DNA of 64,000 nucleotides, taken from NCBI RefSeq assembly GCF_006345805.1, contig NC_043013.1, positions 32,860,001-32,924,000 of the forward strand. The letters are read 5' to 3'. The translations under genes and the position numbers were made by a program. This DNA is from Octopus sinensis. Its lineage: Eukaryota. The notes beneath the pieces were generated by a model. It made no database searches, was not told the origin of the DNA, and worked only from the letters and a program-made list of their open reading frames with translations. Positions 55,140-64,000 of the stretch are shown here, piece after piece (the first letter of the stretch is position 1; the number at the start of each line of letters is the position of its first letter).

Positions 55140-56115
55140 TATTCGCTCTTGACCGACGATGAGAGATACTTTTGATACCCATTTCTTTCAAGTAACCAAC
55201 TTGCTACTAGGATGGAAGTGCGGACTAGTGAATTGTCTTGCTGCAGCTGCACCGACCTGAATACAAGTGTTTTGGTCTTTTGCAACGAAATCTTTTCTTG
55301 AATTCTCCCAAAATCCTCACAAAGTACTCTTTGGTGACTGCCAGGCCACGGGGTACCTAGTGGACGTAGCTGATGCCCTTTCAGCCGATAAAGGGATCAT
55401 CGTGAACTTCCTGGTGGGCTTGCATTGCCTGACCTTCTTGGGTTTGGGGGAACTGGGCGAGTTCAATTGTGCACTCTGTCTCTTGTTTTCATAACAGTAA
55501 ATCTAGCTTTTGTCACAGGTCAGCCGAGACTGCAGCACTCTTCGATTGGATTTAATGAGCTCACCTATCTCTCTGCTGTCACCAACGCGTCTTTTCCCCT
55601 ATTCGTCACTGAGCATCCTAAGAATAAGCTTTGCTCCAGTCTGGCACATGTTCAGATCCTGATGAATAATTCCCTGTACAATTGCCACAACTTCAAACTG
55701 TAAGTTTATTTTCTTCATAGACACATGACGGTCTTCATCTAGAAAATTCCACTTCTCATCGTCTCTCATCTCCCCTTAACAGACCTTAACGAAAAACAGA
55801 TGCTCACTTCATACAAGTATTTTATAAGATTATCTAGCTTTTTACCTCGTTTAAAACACTAAAATTTATGGCACAGTTAGCCTCCAAATTGCCTTAACGT
55901 CGCGACTATACTCTGCAAACTAGTTATCTGTGACGAGCAGTGTTTTGTCGGGTGTGTTCAAAGTGTTGTTACAACGGTCTCCTTTGACCTGGTATAATAA
56001 ATGTTGGCAGGTCAACTTGTTAGATGTATAGTTATGCCATACTAAAATTACAATATTTTAGGTCAGCTATTTCTGCTTCTCTTAAAGTCTCAAAACTCAT
56101 GGAATGCACCTCGTA
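55140..56115 (-). pseudogene. Decayed mariner transposon (transposase remnant + 5' TIR)
   Basis: Minus strand gives LDEDRHVS..IIHQDLNM..AKLILRMLSDE*..LTCDKS*IYCYENKRQSAQ..SPKPKKVRQ..GISYVH*VPRG..VTKEYFVRILGEFKKRFR.KRP..QQDNSLVRTSILV..EMGIKSISH (decayed TCDESW and QDNAPVH motifs). TIR-like TA-CGAGGTGCATTCCATGAGTTTTG at 56092-56115. Confidence 0.85.
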
Positions 56116-56878
56116 TATGCATACATAAAATCAGATACAGACATACGCATACACATATATCGTTCGATCGATTGAAATCTGCAAGTTGGAAAGTAATGAG
56201 CTTTTAACTCCATATCAAATAAAGTTGAGTTAACAATAGAAAATATTTTGAATATTTACGTTTACAATACAAACGTAAAATTATTTGGTTTAATGCTACA
56301 TTCAATTTAACATGCGTACAAACATTGCTAAATATCTCATTAACCTTTTAGATAAGTATTTTCTAAAATATAAATATAATATTTATAATAGAAACAATAT
56401 AAAAAAATTTTGCAGTTGTGTATCTGATTTCGCTACAATATATAGCTAATATTAATAGCAAAAACTTTAAAAAGATATCTACATCTATTTCATACCGCTT
56501 CTACAATTGTTTAAACCCCGTAAATTTTGCAGTAAACATTTTATGTATTTCGAAATCGAGTTTACAATGCAAAAGTATTTATAGTTAATCAGTTTTTAAG
56601 GATTATATTATTTTAAGGATTATATTAGGCTGACTAAAAACGGTTTATTCAATGGAAAGTGATGGTGTATTGAGAAAGCTGAAAGTTGTTTTGGCACAAG
56701 GCTCTCGAGTTACATCGAGGCTTTAAGGAATTACAACGGCACAAACTATGAAATTATTTCGAATGTATTAGAGGATTCCAAATATAATCAAGGTAAAGGT
56801 GGCTTCGATTATCAGTGAAAATAACTGTGTTGGTTCAAGTATCTGATCTTAAACAACCGTTTACGGCTAATATTTATT

Positions 56879-56962
<84 letters not shown>

Positions 56963-56974
56963 GTAGTAGTAGTA

Positions 56975-57178
56975 GGTACAAAGCCTCAAATTTGGTGGGA
57001 AAGGGTCTAGTCGATTACATCGAGCCCAGTGCATCACTGATACTTAATTTATCGACCCCGAAAGGATGAAAAGTAATGTCGAAGCCTCGGTCGAATTTGA
57101 ACTCAGAACGTAGCAACGGGCGAAATACTGCTAAGCATTTCGCCTGGCGTGCTAACGATTCTGCCAGCTCGACGCCTC
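56975..57178 (-). mobile_element. SINE family 1
   Basis: atcgaccccgaaaggatgaaaag...gaatttgaactcagaacgtag...cgaaatactgctaagcatttcgcctggcgtgctaacgattctgccagctcg. Confidence 0.85.
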
Positions 57179-57303
57179 AAAAATAATGATAATGTTGATG
57201 ATGATGTTGATGATGATGATGATGATGAGGAGGAGGAGGAGGATGGATATGATGATGATGATGATGATGATGTTGATGATGATGATGATAACAACAATGA
57301 TGG

Positions 57304-57552
57304 GTTGTTCCTATAATAATTGGTGCATTGGGAATTATCAGCAAAGATATAGACAAAAGGTTGAAGGAGACTGGAATAGAAGGGCCTGTAGAGCTCTTAC
57401 AGAAAGTTTGCCTCTTATGGACAGGGAAGAATATCAGGAGGGTGTTGAGAACTTGAAAGACTATTGAAATATAGTGGATGACTAGGGATACAGGTAATAA
57501 ACAGCTACGCACATAAATCCTGTCAGGAATAAGAACGAACTTGAGTTAAATC
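57304..57552 (+). mobile_element. Very short 5'-truncated R4/Dong-type 3' end
   Basis: VVPIIIGALGIISKDIDKRLKETGIEGPVELLQKVCLLWTGKNIRRVLRT* + ~100-nt 3' UTR ending gagttaaatc-(aat)n; (GAT)n upstream. Confidence 0.8.
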
Positions 57553-57624
<72 letters not shown>

Positions 57625-57640
57625 CCTTATTGTTGTTGTT

Positions 57641-57960
57641 AAAGGCGGCGAGCTGGCAGAATTGTTAGCACACCGGGCGAAATGCTTAGTGGTATTTCGT
57701 CTGCTGCTACATTCTGAGTTCAAGTTCCGCCGAGGTCGACTTTTCCTTTCATCCTTTCGGGGTCGATTAAATAAGTACCAGTTACGCACTGGGGTCGATA
57801 TAATCGACTTAATCCGTTTGTCTGCCATTGTTTGTCCCCTCTGTGTTTAGCTCCTTGTGGATAGTAAAGAAATAGGTATCCCGTCCGTCTTTGTGTTCTG
57901 AGTTCAAAGTCCGTTGAGATCGACTTTGATCTACATCCTTACCGGTTCGATAAAATAAGC
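57641..57960 (+). mobile_element. SINE family 1 dimer
   Basis: aaggcggcgagctggcagaattgttagc... long tail ...gtaaagaaataggtatcccgtc + truncated second head. Confidence 0.88.
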
Positions 57961-58279
57961 ACTATAAAAAGGGAAACATTGGACAATGTAGTCCTAGATA
58001 CTCTAATCCTAGAAGCAAATATGGTTCCATATGTGACATAATCTAAAATGATTTGAAGTCTCCTGGGTCAAGCCTGACCTGATATTAATCAACAACAAAC
58101 AACGAGAGAACATCTATGTGGTAGCTTGACCTACAAGAAAGAGCAGTTAAGTTCTTACTCTAATTACACCATACCGTTCAATAAAATAAAGGATATATTA
58201 AGTAATTTACTCCTAGATATACTGTGAATTAAAAAAAATATTCGTGCAGGAACTCTTTAATCGCAGGACTTACTGAATC

Positions 58280-58620
58280 AGTTTCTCTGGTTTAGACGGT
58301 TAAGCAAGAAATGCAACAATACTAACGGTAGAAAGTATTTCTGTTGCTAGAAAATACCTTGCTACGGAATGTTTTGGGTTCGGATGGAATCTAGAGGCAT
58401 CGTTATGACATATGGTGTGGATTAGGCAAATTTCGAATTTATTTACATTTGATGGATATTTGTCCTCATCTTGTTTGTTGTTACCACAACATTTTGGTTG
58501 ATATAACCTCCAGCCTTTATCAGGTTTCTTGGGGGAAATTAACAAGTAAGATGAGAATAAATAAGCGCCAAATGTAAATAATGTGCATAATTCCTCATCT
58601 CTTAAATATAGAACTGAATT
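58280..58620 (-). mobile_element. Probable Penelope-type terminal repeat remnant with degenerate hammerhead-like motif
   Basis: Minus 58484-58527 reads CUGAUAA A GGCUG-GAGGUUAUAU-CAACC AAAA U GUU, a decayed CUGAUGA..GAAAC GUH. ccgtcaaatgtaaat-like aaatgtaaataa block occurs in both orientations (58438-58452, 58568-58581). Confidence 0.45.
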
Positions 58621-58744
58621 TTCGAAATGCCTGAACGATTTCTTCCAAGAGCGAGGGAGGAAGAGAGAGAGAAAGAGAGGAAGATAGATAGAGAGAGAGA
58701 GAGAGAAGAGAGAGAGAAGAGAGAGAGAGAATCTAAGAGAGAAG

Positions 58745-59105
58745 TTGATCTTAGTATAAGTACATTACTTGCCGACCCAGGAAGGAGAAAATACGTAATT
58801 TGATCTCAGTGGTATTTGAACCCGTATCCGCAGTGAGAGGAATGAATAGGGCAAGGATGTCTATCCGGCGCTCGGACTACTGGGACAAGAAAATACGTAA
58901 TTTGACCTCAGCAGTAGTTCAATCCGTATCCGCAGTGAGAGGGATGAATACCGCAAAGATGTCTATCCGGCGCTCAGACTATTTGGACAAGGAGAAAATA
59001 CGTAATTTGACCCCAGCGGTATTTGAACCCGTATCCACTCTAAGAGAAATGAATACGGCGCTCAGACAACCGGGGCAATATTCCGCCTCGCATTTGGTAC
59101 GGAGT
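58745..59105 (-). mobile_element. Divergent SINE with tandemly triplicated tRNA-like head (102-105 bp period)
   Basis: aaaatacgtaatttga at 58788, 58890 and 58995. On the minus strand two units carry the B box gggttcaaatacc and the middle one has gattgaactac. A family-1-like central domain (cttcctgggtcggcaagtaatgtac) follows. Confidence 0.75.
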
Positions 59106-59755
59106 AGAGTTATTCCTGCCGATTTGTTTTTAAAGGAAGAAGACAACAACAATATTCATAACAACTAGAGCAACAAAAGTACTAAGAACAAAAAATAACA
59201 ACAATAACAACAACAACGGTACCACCACCACTACCACCACCACTACCAACAACAGCAAGGACAATAACAGGAATATCATGTACGAGCTAAAACAGAAAAA
59301 TGCCTGCCCAATGTCCGAGCAAGCAATTATTTCTAAAACCATTTCAGTAACTATATGGATCGCTTTGCATTGTAAGCAGTCGTAGTAGCTTATCGCCAAA
59401 TTAATGAGTCTTTTCAAAGTGTGGCTACCGAATGTTAGGTACAGTAGTTAACATGGTGAAGCTTTTCATTGGACAGTAAATGTAATTATTAACGTCATAA
59501 TGAATGAAAGAATGAAAGAAAGAGAGGGTGTGAGAGAAAGGTAAAGAAAGAAGAGGATAATAAGAAAGAAACAAATAACGAACGAGAAAAAGTAAGAGGA
59601 ATTAGTTAAGTGAAATAAAGAAAAACACACAAATAAGGAAAAAGAATAAAGCAGAAATAAACAAGAAGAGAAAATGAAGGTTTCGTAATTAAATTCTTGA
59701 AGCTAATTCAGATGTGAGATAGAGAAATAGAATGTGTTTGCGTGTGTGTATCTGT

Positions 59756-59798
<43 letters not shown>

Positions 59799-60047
59799 GG
59801 GGGGGGAGTGTGAAAGAAGGTGGGAGAGAAAGAAAGAGAGAGAAGTAGATTAGATGGGAAGGTAGATAGTTAATGAAACTGAGGGAGAATAGATGGACGA
59901 ATAGATAGACAGATATATAGATAACGATATGCATAGAATGCTTAATAGAATATATGAGCACATACACACATACACACACACGTATATGTATTTGCATGTA
60001 TATATGTATGCATATATATATGTATATATATATTCCTATATATATAT

Positions 60048-60173
60048 ATTGTTATATTTCGGAATGGTCATATTGCCAGTTTAGCCAATAAAAACACACG
60101 CACTATATATATATATAATGCGTGTGTTTTTATTGGCTAAACTGGCAATATGACCATTCCGAAATATAATAAT
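60048..60173. repeat. Inverted repeat (55-bp arms) centred on (TA)n
   Basis: 60048-60102 vs 60119-60173, complementary apart from one mismatch near the outer end; 16-nt core ctatatatatatataa. Confidence 0.95.
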
Positions 60174-60228
60174 ATCTGTTTCAACACACGACTTCACATA
60201 AAAAATCTTGCACAACAAATATATATAC

Positions 60229-60333
<105 letters not shown>

Positions 60334-60583
60334 ATATAAATAATATATAATTATATGCATATATACATACATATATACATGTATATACATATACAGTTTA
60401 CGACAATCAGTAAGCTGTCATAATAGGACTCAGAGTTTCAAATGCCGGAGCTATATACTATATATATATATATATATAGATAGATAGATACTGATATATA
60501 CTTAAGTGTGTGCCTGTGGATGTGGTGTTATCAATAAATAAACAGGAAAAGGAAGCCGCGCGTACGTGCGTGTGCGTGTGTGC

Positions 60584-60621
<38 letters not shown>

Positions 60622-62475
60622 AAATGGGAGAGAAAGAGAGAGAAAGAGGAACAGGCGTGAAATAGGAGCGTAAGTTAGAGAAGGAGGGAAAAATGGAAGG
60701 GAGTTGGAGAAATTGTAAGAAAGATAATAATGGTAAATATGGAAGAAGTACTTTTGGTGTTTGTGTTAATTTCTCTATAATTTGTTATACATTAACTTGT
60801 CATTTGTAACATGTTTCGTTGCTAACATTGGTGATTATTTCTCGTAGAGTCAGTTCGTACGCTTCCCGATGGTAATGCAGCTGATGAAGCGGCTGGTTAT
60901 GGTAGATTATGCGTTCCTTATGAAGTTGTATCGTCTTGTAATTCTCATGTGAATTACAATGTCGTTTCTTGGTGATAATATGAATTGCCGTTAAGTACGT
61001 CGGTTAGAACGTCTTCCGGTTAGAACTCTGCATTCTATATCGCACCAACGTCAACTGTGTTCTTCATCCTTTTAGAGCCGATGAAAGTACCCATCTAGTA
61101 ACGTACTGAATCCTCTCGCTTCCCTCTTCTTTTCCTCTCCCTTCTTGCTTTCTCTTTCTCTCTCTCTCTCTATCTATCTATCTTCTCTCTCTGTTTTTCT
61201 TCCTTTCTCGTTTACCTCCAAGATAAATCGGTTGTGTTTAGACATGTGCCTTGAGGTGTTTAAAACGCCCAAGACATGCCAAGCTTCACGACGGGACCTC
61301 TACGGACTCCATGAGAAACTGGGTGCCCGATTAAAACAGAAGGACAGTTTTATGACTTTGTATTTTGTCTTTTGTTGCTGTTTAGCTTTTAGTTCAATCG
61401 TCCTCGATTAGAACTACGTTCGAAAGGGTCCTAAATGCAACCATCCTTTCCTTTTCCTATTTAAAGAATCGTATGTGCCATTTTCCAGTTTGCAAATGTT
61501 TAAGTTGAAGGATATTTGGCTACCATTTCTAGAAGGTTACAATCACGTTAGTATTTCTCGTTGCTTACAAGTTCCCTATTTTGTTGTTTTTGCTTACTTG
61601 ATGCCAGCTTTTACTGGTTTATTAATGTTTTGTGATCTATTGTACTGGCTGTTACTGTGGTTGTTATAAAGTCTTAGGCGAGCATTGATTTAGTAGACCC
61701 ATGGTAAAATGTATGAGTGGTGTAGAGATTTGGTACTTTAGTGTTTCGTGTTAGTAATAATTTGTGGTATGTTGAGTGAGGCTGGGAAATTAAGCAAACC
61801 TTGGTACATTACTGGTATGTATTTTATCATCAGCAGAAGGATGAAAGAATATAAGTTATGGTATAGCATTTATTCCTTCATTACGATCGTTTCAACATTA
61901 CCTTATTCAGATCCATCACGAGACACATGTTCATCTCGTCAGTCAAAGGTCGTTCTTTGGTTAATGAGGTGAACACGGGTCACAAAATATATGTTGCAAT
62001 ATTGCACAAGCATTTATACTTATATTCATATTTATATTCATGATAAATCTACATCATATATTGTTAAAACGTGTAAGTATTCACGTATTCTGCAGTTGCG
62101 TATCCTTGCAAAATTCCCCAAAAGAAATTAGCGTGACGATATATGAAAAGGCTCGGTTATATGTACATATTTGAATAATATTCGATATCACACAGCATCG
62201 AATAGATATCCTCAACCTCATCGCTTCGCTCAAAAGAACAAGTAAAAGTTCAAAATTTAATATCGAACTAGTATTTTATTTATTGACCCCAAAACGGTAT
62301 ATTGACCCCGAAATGGTATATTGACCCCAAAACGTCGATGATATTTGTACTCAGACTGAATACTCTACAGCTTCACTAATTCTCCATGCTGTCGCTTTAT
62401 TGTGTCCAGCAGTCTAGTGACGGATGAAGCTTAACGTTGTTATTAATGATTAATACGTGGGTTCAAATTGAAGGC

Positions 62476-62690
62476 AGGGTGCTGGCAGTATCGTTACCAC
62501 GCTGGGTATAAATGTTTAGCGGCATTTTGTCCTTCACATTCTGAATTTATATTTTCAAATTCCATGGAGTTCGACGTTACCTTTTATCCCTTGCGTGGTC
62601 GATAAAAAGTACCAGTTGAACACTGGGGTTGATGTAATCGACTCAATTTCTCCATTGAAACTGTTGGCTTTGTACAAACATTTGTAATCT
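62476..62690 (+). mobile_element. SINE family 1, decayed
   Basis: aaggcagggtgctggcagtatcgtt...gcggcattttgtcc...gtggtcgataaaaagtaccagttgaacactgggg. Confidence 0.7.
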
Positions 62691-63741
62691 ATATTTGGGC
62701 TGAGAAAGCTGTTGCGTTTGTTAACAAAACGTATTCAAACAACCCACAAGTGAAAAACAAACAGGAAAATATCATTTTAGTGGGATTTGAACCCAAAACA
62801 TATAAAAAGAGCTAAGTATATAATGAAATATGTTGTGTTGCTGTTGTTTAACCACAGGTCAGCATGGATTGAGAACAGCTATCATTAAAAGTGATTCAGG
62901 CGTTCTTCTTCCTTTCAGAAATAATGTATTTTAAAGTACATTACACAAATTATATAAATTAACCCTCCTGTATACAGACAATTGTAGGATATGCTTTGAG
63001 GACGTGTTGGTTGTTATTTCTGGCAGATTGAAGGGCAGTGAGTAGGCACATTCATGAGGTCGCAAATAGAGCTAGTCATTTCGTACGACACTTTAATGTT
63101 CTTATCATTCCAATGTCTTAAGTAACTTAACCTAATTGATTGATGGTAAGTAATTTGTTACAGAAGGATAACAAGGTGAAGGCCAAACGTAGTTTCACTG
63201 TTAATTGGTTGTGGGCGCATGCATGCTTTTGTGTGTATTCACGTGAATATATATATATAACGTGCATGTGTATAGACAAATACATATATACATACACATA
63301 CACACACACACACACACTCACCTGTGCGAGTTAAGAAACAAATTGCTCGACCAGTATAAAATTATAGAAAAGCTAAATAAATTAACGATATATATAAGGA
63401 AATAGGGAAGGTTGAACAATGAAATACATTAGTTACAATACTTATAAACACACACACACACACACACGCATATACATATATATATATGTTTGTATGTGTA
63501 CTGTGTGTACAAACACACACACACATACAGATATATTCATATATACACACACACACTACACACACATATACGTTCTTTTACTCTTCGTGTGGAGGAGGGT
63601 GACATAGACTGATAAATGTTGGTGAGTAGATAAATACATAGAACTATATTCATGTATGTGTATATGTGCGGGTGTGTATATGTACGCGTTGAGACAGCGT
63701 GAAAGGTAGAGGAACCGAGTGAGCGAGAGAGAAAGAAGACT

Positions 63742-63775
<34 letters not shown>

Positions 63776-64000
63776 AAACGAGAGGGGGGAAGAGAAAGAG
63801 AGGGGGAAGAGAACGAAAGAGAGAAGGTAAAATAGAAGGAGGGACAGTGAAAGACGATCGAGGGGGTTATATCTTTTACAAATTTAATTTCTGCCAACGG
63901 TCACTTTTGTTTGTCGTTATGTACTGTTTCTAGAATATGGCTTTATTTGTTCCAATGTACAATAGAGGAGTTAACGGAATTGCAACGAATATCCTGTCAA

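Noticed and set aside
58788-59050. Regularly spaced repeats (also 62281-62335, 19 bp x3; 3635-3690, 24 bp x2) considered as CRISPR-like
   Set aside because: They are contiguous tandem units without unique spacers, in a eukaryotic context with no cas genes.

Overview
This is eukaryotic, very AT-rich DNA saturated with microsatellites. It looks intergenic or deep-intronic, and its repeat repertoire suggests an octopod cephalopod genome (Octopus-like; inference). No host protein-coding gene, rRNA, true tRNA or CRISPR array can be supported, and almost all long ORFs in the track are translations of (AT)n, (ATT)n, (TATC)n or (TATG)n. Interspersed repeats: (i) roughly 30 copies of a tRNA-derived SINE, often as dimers or trimers, plus two other tRNA-derived SINE families; (ii) four 5'-truncated R4/Dong-type non-LTR retrotransposon fragments (restriction-like endonuclease end), all with 3' ends on (TAA)n; (iii) two decayed Tc1/mariner transposases, a Penelope GIY-YIG remnant and an RTE 3' end. 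The best unexplained signal is an apparently intact type I hammerhead ribozyme (2871-2948, +) inside a ~316-nt tandemly repeated unit, which is retrozyme-like. Other notable structures are four Penelope-type minimal hammerhead-like motifs, a 485-bp tandem-plus-inverted fold-back array, a minisatellite-built fold-back element, two palindromes centred on (TA)n, and two isolated ~110-125 nt hairpins. All alignments and folds were done by eye, and repeat coordinates are approximate.
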